DNA of 53,382 bases, counting the filler, from Bipalium vagum (Eukaryota), in the NCBI GenBank assembly GCA_037834085.1. It is 3 parts of 3 records of this genome, joined end to end, with 100 filler letters (N's around TTAATTAATTAA, not from the genome) between each part and the next. Parts side by side here need not be neighbours in the genome. Positions count along the whole stretch, not along the records: positions 1 to 20,910 come from JBBMKC010242500.1; 2 more parts are not named here. One strand, given 5' to 3'. Position 1 is the stretch's first letter. Each line of letters opens with the position of its first letter. The notes under the pieces are model-generated. The model searched no databases. It saw only the letters and a list, made by a program, of their open reading frames with translations, and was not told the origin of the DNA. The position numbers were made by a program, and so were the translations under genes. Of the stretch, positions 1 to 13,375 are shown one piece after another.

Positions 1-1577
1 TGACTTAATGGAAGAACATTATTTAAATTAATAATTTTAAAAAAATAAATGATGAACAGAATCATGATAAGATTAGGAAAATTCTGTTGAACAAAAATTT
101 AAAAAATAATGAAAAAGCATAATCCGATACATTATTAAGGAGCAACAGAAATTTGCATATATAATTCGAATAAAATAATTAAAATTTTAAGTGAAAATAT
201 TTTTTAATATTTTTTTATTATTATTAATAGCTGAAATATATCGATTCAGACATATTTTAAAAATATTTTATTTTGACTTTATTATATTTCTATTCTTTGT
301 TTAAATACCATCTTAAATTTATATTGAAAATAATAATAAATTTTTAAAAATATTTTAACAAATAATTATTTTTTATAATTATAATAATAATTATCTAGTA
401 TATATTATAAAATGTTGTTAAATATTATGATAAAATATACGAGAAAAAATGTAGTGAATTTCTTTACTTTTTTTCAGTATTATAACTTAAACAAAAGACC
501 AATATGCAATATAACTTTGAAACTAGAAAAATAAACTGTTTAATCTATTTTTTGCATAAAATTTAAATTTTATTATATAGATAATTTGATTAGAATATTC
601 ACCCTTCCTGATAACAAGAGAACTTAATTAATTTTCAGTGCTCGACAAAACTTGAGAATTATCTCCATAGAGCAAGAATGAGACAATACATTGCTTGGTA
701 ATTGAGTTAATGGAGACCATGTCTCCCTTGGAAAAGACGGGCTTTTGTCTATGGTCAAATATACAATTTTGCAGTTTGAAAGATTAAAATTGATTAAGCT
801 TTCAAAAGTCCTCTTGAGTTTGCATATCTTAACATTATTATTTGTAAAATTCATTAAAAAAACACCTAAAAATTACATATATATATTTTTAACAATAATA
901 TATTTCAAATTTAAGAACCCTTTTGGGTGCAATTTTAATTTGGGAACAAAAATTAAATTTAGTGCCCTTGGGGTTTAATCAATATTATTAATAATTACTT
1001 TCCATAAAAATTGCTAAAATAAATAATATTTAATTACCAATGAAGAAAAGACATGCAAAAAAATGATTAATAATTATTTTAATGATTAAAACAATAAATT
1101 TCAGAGTGGAGAAGGAAAAAAATTGCAATCAACGATAAGGTTCTTAAAAGTTGGAGAAATTCACAAACAATACCAAAACTGAGAGATCGGATTTGGAAAG
1201 TTTTCAAATCTAAACAAGTGTGTTCGTAAAAATCAATTAATTATGATAAAATATATTTTTACAAAGCTACCCTAACATCACAAGTCGATTTAAATATTTC
1301 AACAAGAAAGAATAATGATATAAATAATGTTCTTTTTAAGAAAAATTAGCAAAAATAATTTTTCCGCCTGATAAAAGAAGATTTCCTCAAACTCCCACCA
1401 TGAGAAATGAAAGCGCAGAAAGAAAATATATTTGGAAGTGAATGGATAAACTTTATTTTATTTGATCTTAGAGTCAGTTGCTTTAATATTTATTTATAAT
1501 CGTGAACCAATAAGCAATTTGTTGAATATTTAGAATCATTAGCTAAAGATTAAGTTCTAAAGATTAAGGTTTTATTA

Positions 1578-1830
1578 TTAGGGTGAGTCATAAGTAATTT
1601 CGTTTTTTATAGGATAGTTAAAACGAAATTAGAGCAAGAACATGTTTTATTAATTCTCAATGTAAAGTCCATTACATTCAATGGTCTTAAGCCATCTGTT
1701 TGCCTGTGTTCCATTCTATGATGTTACCAATTCTTGTCTTTGGAGATGAAAAAGTCTCGACACCCGGTTTCACCTCGTCCATATAATTGAAGATATGTCC
1801 TTAATAAAATCATAAATGGATTCCTTTAAA
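1578..1830 (-). mobile_element. Mariner transposon remnant, 3' end with TIR
   Basis: Minus strand gives ...ANRWLKTIECNGLYIEN* (mariner C-terminal RW..CI...G.Y pattern), followed by a TIR-like TTAGGGTGAGTCATAAG next to TA at ~1578. Confidence 0.65.
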
Positions 1831-1989
1831 CTTTGTAGTACTGGAAATATATATATACAGTCTGATACATTAAATTGTCCAGTAAAAAACATTACAAGAT
1901 TTATATTATATGTATGTTAGAACTTTGAGTTTTATTTTTAATAAAAATAATGCAGAACTTATTCCACAATCCAATTTATTATATTTATA

Positions 1990-2640
1990 TACAGAAAACA
2001 ATATATTGTTAATATTTGGTATATCCTCCAGCTGTGTCGATTATTGCGGAAAGCCTTTGCTCCATAGAATCTTCAAGGCTGTACCGGTAATTCTCTTCTC
2101 CCATGATAGTGGTCCACAAATCCTGACACTTGCTGATGTAGTTGGATTTATGAGCATATGATTAAGCTGGTGTTTCATGCGCCCCCACACATTTTCGATG
2201 AGGTTTGCATCGGGACTGATTGCTGGCCTCGTCAGAAGAGGTAAGTTATGATCATCTAATCAATATCTTGTAAATTTGGTAGTATGGATTGGTCCATTGT
2301 CTTCCTGGTAGAATTCTATGTTGTTCATTTGATCGACGAAAGGAAGGAGCTTCTGTTATAATAGCTCAGTATATCCTTCAGAATTAAGCCACTGTTGAAT
2401 TCTAACCAAATTACTGTAACCATCTCTAGAAAAAGATCCCCACACCAATCAGTGACATTAACTTCTATTTGGAAGATGTTTTACAAACCGATCCTGTGGT
2501 CTAGTGCTTTTCCTACGCCATACGAACTGTTGTCTATTATTCATCTGAAACTTTGATTCATCACTGAAGATGATTGCTGACCAGATTTTTTGAGAATGTT
2601 GTTGTGCCAACAACATCATGTGGCAGATCATTATTGATAT
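1990..2640 (-). mobile_element. Degenerate Tc1 (DD34E) transposase fossil
   Basis: Minus-strand motifs WSAIIFSDESKF, VWGSFS, FYQEDNGPIH and SPDANLIENVWGRMK, broken by stops and frameshifts. Confidence 0.85.
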
Positions 2641-2859
2641 TTCGCTGGCAATATTTACTGACAGCAGACAGTGTCAAATAAAAAGTACTGGCTATCTGTT
2701 CATATGACCATTTGCGTGTTTGAGTAATGTATAAATCTGTTCTTTATTAAAAGGTATTAAATCGAAACCACGCATAATTTGAAGAATATGCTGGAAATTA
2801 AACTAATATGCTGAAAAAAACTTACCGCATACTTTTCGAGGTCTACTGACCCGTCTCTG

Positions 2860-3245
2860 GTTACATGTGAGTGATTTAAGCAGTTCAAATTATGATTTCA
2901 GTGTGAAAGACAATGAACCCCCAGATCGCACTTCTGCATTTGAAGACACAATTACAAGCTCTATTGGATAAAGATGCATATCAAACATAAAAAACTTGCT
3001 ATGCAACTAAATGTTACTCAGTTAACAGTTTTGATCGCTTAAATTCAATGACCATGAACAGAAGAATTAACACGAACAAAAATCTTTATTATATAAAAAA
3101 GTTACAGGATATGAGAAGGGATTTATTATGAGAATCTCAAAGGCCATAGATCATGAGTTGATCCAGGAAGAGATTCAAAGCAGACTGTAAAGAAAACAAT
3201 GATCTGCGTTTGGTGGAATCAAAAGAGAGTGGTATATATTATAAT
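2860..3245 (+). mobile_element. Degenerate mariner transposase fragment
   Basis: LQALLDKDAYQT-like helix-turn-helix segment and MICVWWNQKRVVYY (mariner MLCVWW..GV.YY motif). Confidence 0.7.
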
Positions 3246-4029
3246 CATAAAAATCTCCTAAGACTTTCAATTCTGCTCATTACTGTTATTAAAAATGATC
3301 ATAATCACTATAAATTCTTCATCAAATTTACTTTTTTGTGCAGCAGAATTCATTCACTTTACTGGTTCTCCTTTAATTTCTCATTTATACATGTTCTGAG
3401 GTTAGGCAGTGTCTTCCATATGTATATTTTCTTGTCTGAATTTAATTTTATTTAACAAAATAATCTTGATACTTTTTATAAAGCTTTGAAAGCAAATTAA
3501 TAAATTATTTATGATTTTTTGTTTTAAAAAGAAAATAATATTTTGATGAATTTCATTTAAAATTCGATTATACAACAGGATTAGAATAAAGACCTAAGAT
3601 AAAAAGATAAAATAAATTTTTGTATGGTTATTCAATTAAAATTTAAAATTGAAAGTCCTTTCATTTTATCCCATGTCTTTTCTAAATAGATCTCTATAAG
3701 TCTGTCTAACCTACAATTGACAAATCCGTTCATTAAGCAAGGGATCAAGACAAGTGTGGTTGAGGAATCTCAAGGGAATTAGAAAATTCATCATAACTAG
3801 CTTTAAAAGGGAAATATGTTTAATATGTTCGTTAACACTTCCAAATTCTGACATAAGATAATGATGGCATGCAGAAAAAACCCTTTACTTTTCTTTATAA
3901 AACTTTTTTCTAATTTGCTTATATAAATGTTAAGCAGTTTTAATACTTACTCCATTCCATAAAAACCCGATTAGTTAATACGAAGAATATTTATATTTTA
4001 TTTAAATTATAACAAGAATAAAACACATT

Positions 4030-4950
4030 ATTTACAAAGTTATTAATGACGAATGTTGAACATTAACCAGTGATCCTTTCTAACTAATAATATCTTGCAA
4101 TATCCCAGATTTACATTCAAAAAGAGATTTCAACGTTTCAGATCTAGTTGACCAAAATGTCTGTTGTAATGACAGCCACAATTCATCAAGATTTTTACAG
4201 TTATTTCTATGACATCGCTTATTGAGGGAAGTGAAGAAGCCAATATCGTTGATATTTAAATCTGGAGACTGCCGGCTAATTTATGACGGTAATACATGGA
4301 ACAATATTTTCTCCGAAGTCATTGAAATTTTCAACATTTTTCTTTCCCACGTGAGAGCGGGCACTATCCATTTGGATAGTAACATTCGGACACTACTGCA
4401 TTTTTTCAGAGATTGCTGGCATAATTTCAGTATTAATCAAATTTTAAAAATTATCGGCTGTCATTGTGCAATCAACTTTGTATTTATCACCTTTGTTATG
4501 ATTTTTGGAAGAACGCTGGGCCTCCACATCATTTTCGCTTCTCCAGATACCTATCAACCCATTAAAGCCATTTGCGGTGTCAGGTTTAGCAATAGGTGAC
4601 AGTATCATAATTCTTAGTAGATTACATTTACTAAGTAATGGCTGCACTTTCCTCGGACTGCTTTCATGATATCGTTCTCGACAGAATTGATACAATTCGA
4701 ACCACTTTTCATCTATGTCGACATAGGCATTCCATTTATTGCAGAGTTTTTTGTCTACACTCCTTTAGTCTCTTCATTTCCTGATTATCATTTAAGAGAG
4801 GACAGGTTTTTCGGGGACAAGTTTCATTCCTTCTGCCTTGATAATTCTGAAAACACTCGTTCGTCTCCTTAAACAGAAAAGCAATACTACTGGATCGCCG
4901 CTCGCGAATGGCTTCGACAACTCGCTGTCGTTTCTCAGCACAATCTTCTA
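4030..4950 (-). mobile_element. Degenerate DD39D-type (plant-mariner-like) transposase fossil
   Basis: Minus-strand motifs YVDIDEKWFE, IMILSPIAKP..GFNGLIGIW, AQRSSKNHNKG, IQMDSARSH and QSPDLNINDIGFFTSL match the DD39D pattern (HIDEKWF / VMFLAAVARP / GKIGIWP / AKRSSKNR / QQDNA / PNSPDLN.LDLGFF). Stops and frameshifts are present. Confidence 0.8.
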
Positions 4951-5367
4951 AATTCCTCTTTCAAAAAATGTTTTTCTTAAATCGAGGCCATAATCCTTAT
5001 TGACATGAAATGTCTCGAAAAAATGCTCAACTTTGTCATATTTGGGCTGAACCTTTCCCATTTGCATTAAGATCCTCTCATAATGGATAAGAAATAATTT
5101 TGATATTTTTTGATCTTTTGAAAGAGTCATCAATTCTAAAATCAATCTAATACAGATAAACAAATAACAATGATTACCTATTTTATGAAATAAAAAATCG
5201 GGTTTTTTATGGAATGGAGTTAGTATATAAATAAATATCTCTGTATAACCTAGACTCTGGTCTCTCTCGATTGTGTGCTTGAAAATGATTGCTAAATCCA
5301 GACCACAGTTAAACACAACAGATTTAATTGACAATAAATTTCATTATTTTACGTTTTCTCTGAAGAT

Positions 5368-6020
5368 GTTAGGTTGGCAAGAAAGTAATTCCTTTTTTTT
5401 TGAAGAAACAAAAAAATGAAATTTTCATTGTTATCAATGACCTGTTGCCATCTTCCAGGGTGCATAAAAAAATTTTAATAATATCAATGATGACAGTAAA
5501 ATATAAAATTTAAATCATGTTATTACAATATTGGAAAAGAAAAATGTGCACAAATGAAGCCACTAAGTTTATCGCTCATGATCAAAGTATAATCTCGGAT
5601 GTTTACTCATCACAACCAAAATGTCTTCATTTAATCAAACGAAAGAGAATTTTTCAACAAGCGGATAATGCTAATCCCGTACCTCACAAAAATCAAAGGA
5701 AACTCTCAGAAGTATTGATGGAACCGCATCCGCTTTACTCGTTAGATTTTGCAGCTTCAGACTTTCATCTGTTTCGTTCCATCGCAAATTTTCTTCGAGG
5801 GTGGGGTTTGAGAATAAAACAAATCTTCTGAACAAATTTGAGTTGTTCTTCTACTTCATATCTTCGGATTGGTACAAAAGTGGGATCCAAAAACCTGTCA
5901 AACGTTGGGCCTTTGTTTGTGAAAATGGTTGATATTATTTTACTTACTGAATTTTGCTTTTTGAAATAAAAATTTTTAAAAGAAATTTCTGATTCAAAAT
6001 GCTCATTTTTGTGGTACACC
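5368..6020 (+). mobile_element. Degenerate mariner element
   Basis: TIR-like TTAGGTTGGCAAGAAAG at ~5369; ORF 5517-5831 contains QQADNANPVPH and PHPLYSLDFAASDFHLFRSIANFLRG (YSPDLAPSDFHLF motif). Confidence 0.8.
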
Positions 6021-6949
6021 GTAATATTTTCACATTTTCAAAAGAGCAACAAATTAAGTTGAAAAAAATGAAATTCTAAAATTATATCTCAATTAACATA
6101 TTCCATATTTTAATATGATTAATTATTATTGATATAATCAAGCATCCTTCAGCTTTAGAAGTTATATGTAAAATGATACGAGTTAATAGGAGCTCATATT
6201 GATAAACATTTAGGCTAAATAAATGAATTTTACGATCGAAAAGAAATTAATTATAAAAATTTTCTTTTATACTTTAATCTTTCTCTTCAAAAAAATGGCA
6301 TACCTCTGCACCTCCCTGTCATCCAGAAAATCTTTTAACTGATCCCAATCAAACTTTGTATAGATGAAAAGCATATCAATCACAATTTTTATATGAAAAA
6401 TCTGAAAAGTCAAAACTAATAAATCTATTAAATACTTCTCGTTGTAATGGTGCGAGAATAAAATATATCATATAAAAATAAAATATAAATAAATAAATAA
6501 TATGTAAATATAAATTATATATGATATAATATTTTATTTCGATCTATTTTTATTGCCAAATTATTTTGTTCTCTATGAGACTCTATTTCAAAAGTAATAT
6601 CCTTTTTAATTAAAAATTTCTTTATATTATTTATTAATCATTGCTGACATCATTAATTAAAATGGGCTTTTAATCATCTGTAAAACTGATACAATATATT
6701 ATGAATTATAAAAATAATATTTATTTTCAGCAGAATAATTAATAATCGATATATTTTTTCCTTCCAACTCATTCAATCAAAAAATTAAAAATTAAAATGG
6801 AAATTTTCTAATTTTTTCTCTTTACTTTTTGCAAAATATGTATCATTTTAAAACAAGTTCTCAAATGAAATTGAAAAATTATTTTATTTCATATATACTT
6901 GTTTAAGTATGCCACATTCATATTCACATTGTACGTGAACTTTATGTAA

Positions 6950-7310
6950 TACTGGGTTATCTAAAACGTTTCCACCGATTTTGTGAATAGGTGCCAGAAA
7001 ATTGGTGCGGTTTATGGTGCAGATGCTGAATCTGATTGAACAGTCTGTGAATAGTTCCATCGATTTCGCTCTGGAAATTTCGATATCAAAGACGCACCTC
7101 GTTCTGGTCGGCTAACATGTCAAAAAGTCGATCAAATCATTCAGAAGGTGAAGGAAGACAAACATATTGGTAGCCGTTAAATCTCAGAATATCTCGGTAT
7201 CCATCATCAAATCGTTTTAAACCATTTAAAGAAATCTTGTTTTAAAGTGAAACTGCGTGTTTGAATTCCGCATGATTGAATACCGAAAAATTTAATAGAC
7301 CGAATTTCAA
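6950..7310 (+). mobile_element. Mariner 5'-half remnant
   Basis: FRSGNFDIKDAPRSGR and a decayed WVPHEL-type linker (V*IPHD). Confidence 0.75.
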
Positions 7311-7743
7311 TATACTATTATTTCAACTACTATTTCAATATACTATACTATATAAACTATTTCTTGACATTTTTACGATCTAGAAATACAAAGTTCTGCA
7401 CCTTCTAAATGATAAAACTTTTAGAAATAAAATATTTTTTTTTGTTTCCCAAAGGGCTTTGAATACTATACTACTACTTTATTAATAAATGTTTCTATTG
7501 AACCGATTTCAGTCTAAAACTTGAAGATGAGAACCTCTACTATTTTTATATCAACCTTATCCTTGGTCAAAGAATCACTAAAATGCTGCCTTATGATTAA
7601 AGTGCGTCATTTATTTCTTATCTCTGATTTGTAGGAGAAATATATAAATATTCCTCAATAATCATTGGGGGAAAATGGTTACGAATCCCATTCACAGGAA
7701 AAAGTGTACCAAAATTCTTCCTTTGTCCTCAGTTTTGAAATAA

Positions 7744-8808
7744 ATGAATCAAACTTTATGGTATCTTCAAATCTTGACAAATATATATCCTCCAGTTTTC
7801 TTATTGATTGGGGTTTCTGGAAATATTCTCTCAATGTTAATCTGGATTAGACGGATTCCGACAAGTCCCGGGTCTACATGTTTGTTTCTGGCTTTAATGT
7901 GTGGTACTGACACATTTGTCCTCATTCATGGCTGTATGAGACATTGGCTTAAAAGTCTGATCAGTGGCTATGATATCAGGATAGCTTTGAATTGTAAATT
8001 CCCCCTATTGATCTTTACCTTTTTCAGTGACCTATCCGTTTGGCTAATCGTTCTTCTTTGTATTGAACGTAGTGTTTGCGTATTTATACCTGTAAAGGCT
8101 AAACAGATCTGTCGTTTGAGAAATGGAAATTACGTTTTTCTCTTAACGGGATTTTGTCTTTTGACGATAAATTGTCATTTTGTCCTAACTGTCAAAGTCA
8201 GTAAAACTGGCGACTATTGTATTGCCTCTAATCAAATGGCAGAGACCTTTCATAAAGCCTGGCCCTATATTGATTTTGCATTTTATTCTTTAATTCCTTT
8301 GATATTTATTTTCGTTCTGAATTCTTTCATACTGGTCAAGTTGTATCGCACTCATTCGAGATTTAACAGATCGAAAAAGTCAAGCATCGGACGGATATTT
8401 TGGACCGTGCTTTTAATGGCAATTTGTCACTTTCTTTTCACAATGCCTATAGGGATTTATTTTCTTATTCAGGAAGAATATTGCTCAAATACCGAAAGAA
8501 TGTGCGATATCATTTCCAACTTCTTTACAATGTTACAGCAATTTAATCATTTGATGCACTTTTTTATTTATTCAACAACGTCCACTTTGTTCATATCGGA
8601 TCTCAAAAAAATGTTTCCGTGGCTTATCAAACTGAAGTATTTTCGTCAAAGAGTCAATACATCCCGATCAAGGTCCAAAGCCATAATGGATGAGTTCGAA
8701 TGCAAAATTAATCCAGACCCACAAAACGAAAAATCCAAATTGATACTTTCACCTCCATCCGATAGTCAGAACATGGTAGAAGTAAATATGCAATTGACAA
8801 GCTTATGA
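7744..8808 (+). CDS. Intronless rhodopsin-like (class A) GPCR, peptide-receptor-like (FMRFamide/srw-type group), 354 aa
   Basis: Seven hydrophobic segments; TM1 GVSGN, TM2 Asp (GTD), TM3 CIERSVCV (E/DRY equivalent), the ECL1/ECL2 Cys pair, TM5 YSLIP..N, TM6 FTMP and TM7 NHLMHFFIY followed by a helix-8 F. Clean ATG-to-TGA ORF in otherwise stop-rich DNA. Confidence 0.93.
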   Translation: MNQTLWYLQILTNIYPPVFLLIGVSGNILSMLIWIRRIPTSPGSTCLFLALMCGTDTFVLIHGCMRHWLKSLISGYDIRIALNCKFPLLIFTFFSDLSVWLIVLLCIERSVCVFIPVKAKQICRLRNGNYVFLLTGFCLLTINCHFVLTVKVSKTGDYCIASNQMAETFHKAWPYIDFAFYSLIPLIFIFVLNSFILVKLYRTHSRFNRSKKSSIGRIFWTVLLMAICHFLFTMPIGIYFLIQEEYCSNTERMCDIISNFFTMLQQFNHLMHFFIYSTTSTLFISDLKKMFPWLIKLKYFRQRVNTSRSRSKAIMDEFECKINPDPQNEKSKLILSPPSDSQNMVEVNMQLTSL

Positions 8809-9639
8809 GACTGAAGGAAGACTTGTCAATGGACTAAGTATTTGTTAAATATCTCCTTATATATATGATCCCAGTTGAAGTATCTTTTTAAAATACCGAT
8901 CAATAATAATGGTCCAATGATAACTTGACACTACGAGCTTGCTGAAGAATATTTCTTATTTTTATGTTTAAAATTATATTTCTTTAGAAGCTGATCACTT
9001 AAAAAATAAGATTAATTTCAGTGAGAGGGTTTGATAATCTTCTTTTTACTCTATGGATGATCGTTATTACCGCATTCTGTAGTAATATTTTTCGATAAAG
9101 AAGGAAAACTTCTTGCAAAAATAAGACCTCTGGCAATTTTTCGTGTTATTCTTGAGCATTTTAATATTTTATCAACATAGTAATGTTTATTACAATGCTG
9201 CCCATGTTCACAGATGAGAATTTGACTGAATAAAATGTTAATCTATTATATTTTTTTATTTATAGAATGAAATTTTTAATGCACTTATTGGTAAATATTT
9301 TCTTACAGTTTTCAAATTATTTATTTCGAAAAATATAACATTTATTGTCAATTGTATTATTGGTAGTTGCATTAATTCTCGCTGATTGTTTTAATTAACT
9401 AATTTATTAAATATTCCAGAGATAATTTAAATCGATTGGTAAGATTTTTTAAGTATTAATATTTAAATATTAAAATAATGGTATATTATCTAGTTAAGTT
9501 GTACAGCAAACGTAAACCGAAAATGATTGCCTCGTCAATTGAAATAAACAGATCACAAAATGACTAGACATATGTCAGAGGCTGCTCAGCAGGCAAAAGA
9601 AAATGTTATTTTTACATCTCATTATTACTTATTATTATT

Positions 9640-10050
9640 AATAATGAATTTTTCATGAAAATCCGAAATGAAAATAATCATCAGTAAAGCCTAGTCAATT
9701 CAAAAAGTCAGGACCAGAACGAGACTTACATGGATAAAAAGTGATAGCCATTTTAGGATAAAGGGGTATTATTTATTTTAAGCTGTTGAGCAAACGTAAA
9801 ACGGTTAAAGATGGGCTTAACCAATAACAATTTTAAAAAATGAAGTCAGGTATTGCAAAAATGGTCAGGCTATTCCAAAAGATATGAGATGGTTTCGATA
9901 CAGCATGTATCACCTTATATTTTATTTTCGTGAAGAATACGATAACAGAATTAAGATGAGAGATTTTACCTCACCAGACATCGCACCAGATGATTAATAC
10001 CTTTTTTGCTCAATGCAGCATGGCCTTTATGAACAGCACTTCACTCAAAA
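9640..10050 (+). mobile_element. Degenerate mariner fragment
   Basis: KGYYLF/GIIYF-like segment and SPDIAPDD*YLF..MQHGL (SPDLAPSDYHLF motif). Confidence 0.65.
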
Positions 10051-12319
10051 GTTCTTGGTCTATGATAAAACCTATCACAACTAAAAATTGATTTATGCAT
10101 GCATGATGGTGTGCAACAGTGGCTACATATGATTTGTCAAATGAACGCTCTACAAGCTCCTATTGTTCCAGAGCGGTCATAAATAGAGAGCTCGTAGACC
10201 CACATAGAGGAAAAGAAAAATTAACTAAAATTTGAGTTAGATAAAACCGATTTTTCAAAAAAGAAAATAATGTTTTGGATTTTTTGAAAAAAACTGGTTA
10301 AAGATTGAAGCTATTTTTGAAACTGATTATAAATTGAGATAAATTTTTTAGCAACTAATTATCTTACTTATGAAATTGATAAAGTCGTATGAACGGATAA
10401 AAAATAACATTATCTTAGTGAGTCTTGGACGTGCAGAGGGTGCAATTCGAGGAGACGTTGACTATTAATTGTTAAGACGTGAGAAAAATCCGACAATCTC
10501 ATGACTATTGCGTTGGTGTTTAATAATGTTGTTATCATTTGTTATTTGGTTTAACTGTAATAAAAAAATTGGTATTCAGATGAACGAAGTTGGTTAGTAT
10601 TGAAATATTAATAAATTAAATGAAATGATTTTTAAAATATTAAGATTTGGACGAATAGATTATATTAGTTCATGGAAAATGATGAACGCTTTTTGATAAA
10701 TACTCTTAAAATGTATTAATCAAAATATAATTTTTGGAATCCAGATACTTCTTCCAACGGAAAATAAGCATATTTGTTGCAACTGCATAAGATTCAAGAC
10801 TTGTAAAAGCAAAAAAAAATTTTAAAAATTTCCTTACGCTCATAAACCTTCAATTGATTGAAAAAGTAAACAATTTTTGTGTCAGTCCTGGTGAGTGTAT
10901 ATCAGTATAAATTTTTTTAGGTTATACGATTTTGCTTGAGTGAGGTATTTGATACAGTTTTTTATTAATATTATTACCAATATTACTTTCTTTTATTGTC
11001 TTTAAAAAAAATAATGGACTTAAGATAATTATTATTATTTTTCAATCTAAATTATACAAAACATTATGATTAATAAAGAGCTTTTATGTATTATATATTT
11101 ATATATATTATTATATTTCTTTCTTCCAAAATTTAATTGTTTTTCAACAAATGTCTTAATATTATTCAAAGAAGACAGTTATTTAAATATGTCGCTTGCT
11201 TTGTTATCTGTTTTTATATTCTAACATATGACGGTCGGTTAAAACTGCTCTTGTAGAAAAAATTTCACACTTGAATAGATCGTTAATTTCCTCTTTGTGT
11301 CCGCAAAATTCCATCAATCTCAATCAATGAAAGACAATAATCCCAAACACAATTACGACGGACAATTAGACCAGACAAATAAAGATAACGACATGAATAG
11401 GAAGTGAGGAATAATTGATGGATAGGCAGAACATCAAATTTTTAAGAGAACTTGATCTGGAAATCTTCAGGTGCATTTCACAGCAAGAAATGTTGAACCA
11501 GTCTCCCTTAGGGAAATCATAGATTGTTACACCTTATAAAAGCAAACTAAATAAAATGATGCTTAGATAAACGGAAGACAATTTCTTTGACAATACATGA
11601 ATTCTGTGGGCGCTCTGATTCTAACATTCCATGAAAAGATTCAGATGAGAGATTTGAGAAATTTTTCCATGTCAGATGAAAAAGCATTATAAAATTGATA
11701 TGAAACAGTCAATACAACATGAAAAGAAAATGTTCTCTGCAAATGAAAGAAACATCCTCGTTCTTTGAAAATATTCAATGCTTACTTGGGTATAATGAAG
11801 CTAAAGCCACCTTCAATTTAAAAAGGAAAAATAATTAATTAATTAATGGAATGAACATATTTTTCCACAGATCAGGAAGTTGCTACAGGTCTTATGTGAC
11901 ACTATGAAATTGAAAACAGAAATTATTAAAAGAAACAATGTCATTCCATGTTACTTACTGAATGTTACTTACCATCAATTTGCTCTTAATAATTTCTTGA
12001 TAAAACTCCACTTTATCTAAATGTTGTTTTAACTAGTTTATTTTTGTGTTTGTAGTTAAATAATTCTAGTACAAAAATTAAAACAAAGAATGTTTTGTAG
12101 AAAAAAAAATTTTAAAATAATTGTTAAAATATAATTTTTATATTCAAATTTTATTTAACAAAATTTTTCTTTCGTATTTTCCTCTTCTTCATATTCATTA
12201 TCACATATATCACATATCAAAAAGAAAGTTAATATCTCTGATTATTTTAACGCAAATCTAACAAACTTTGTTCTAAATATTAGTAAAATATTCAAATTTT
12301 AAATTTTATATGAAATCAA

Positions 12320-13375
12320 TAATATGCCGATTAATTAAGATACTAAAATTCAAGCTGTAATCCTAATGGCGAAATATGAGTAACTTATCATGGTAATTCA
12401 GAAAGACAAGTCATTACGTCATTATATCATAAATTCCACAAAGCGGCTTAGTTGAAGACAGTGTTCGTCCAGGAAGGCCTTCCAAAATAAGAGAAAATAA
12501 AATTAAATACGTTAAGGAAATTTTTTATATCAAACACATCGAATTATACTAGAAATCATTGTTTATAAATCATACATGATAAATAGTGTTCAACATTTAT
12601 ATGAGAAAGATATTGACTCTCGTGTGAAAATGTCGAAAAAGCTGATATCGATTCTTGAAGATCAACAAACAATGACAGCATATTTTTTCTGATGAACCAA
12701 CTTTTCTCATTTCCGGATTTGTGAATAAGCATAATTGCCAATGCTGGGCGCCAACAAATCCTTTCACAACCGTCGAAGTTGTTCATTTTTCAGGCAAAAT
12801 AAACGTATGGTGTGCAATGTCTAGTACGCAAATCATTGACCCATACATTTTGAAGATAAAACAATCAACAGCAAAAATTATATAAAAATGTTAAAGGATT
12901 ACTTTTATCTCAAAGACTTAATATATAAGATTATCTTGCACCAAGATGGAACTTCAGTACATTTTTTCAAAGATGTTCGCGTATGGTTAAATGAAAAATT
13001 GAAAGGACGGTGCATTGGCACTACGTTCTCCAGATTAACGCCATTGGACTTTTTTCTATGGAATACAACAAGGTAAGCATTTACAAGACAAAGGTTCATG
13101 ACATTGTCGATCTTTAGAACAGAATAAACCAAGAAACAAAGTCCAAAAAAAGAAATTCAAAAAACAGTTTCTGATGGTATTGTAAAATGACTAAACTTTT
13201 GTATTGACGTTAATAGTGAAACTTTAGAGCAGTATATGTATTTTTGTATGAAATTTGCATGTTATAAAACTTTGAAATGTGATCTTTCTTTTTTAAAAAA
13301 AATTTTATTTAATTAGCTTTAAAATAAGATTCATATTTTCTTTTCTTTTAGGTATATGATTTACCGGACACTGTG
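12320..13375 (+). mobile_element. Degenerate rosa/DD41D-family Tc1/mariner element
   Basis: VEDSVRPGRP, FSDEPTFLISGFVNKHNCQCW, VWCAMSS, LHQDGTSVHF..VRVWLNE and LTPLDFFLW; TIR-like TTACCGGACACTGTG-TA at the 3' end. Confidence 0.85.

Noticed and set aside
624-854. ORF with an LRR-like LINFNLSNCKIVYL segment
   Set aside because: Single imperfect repeat with no supporting exons or splice structure; consistent with chance in AT-rich DNA.
4948-5334. 128-aa minus-strand ORF upstream of the DD39D fossil
   Set aside because: Starts at a non-ATG codon and has no recognisable domain; at most its end is part of the transposase N-terminus.
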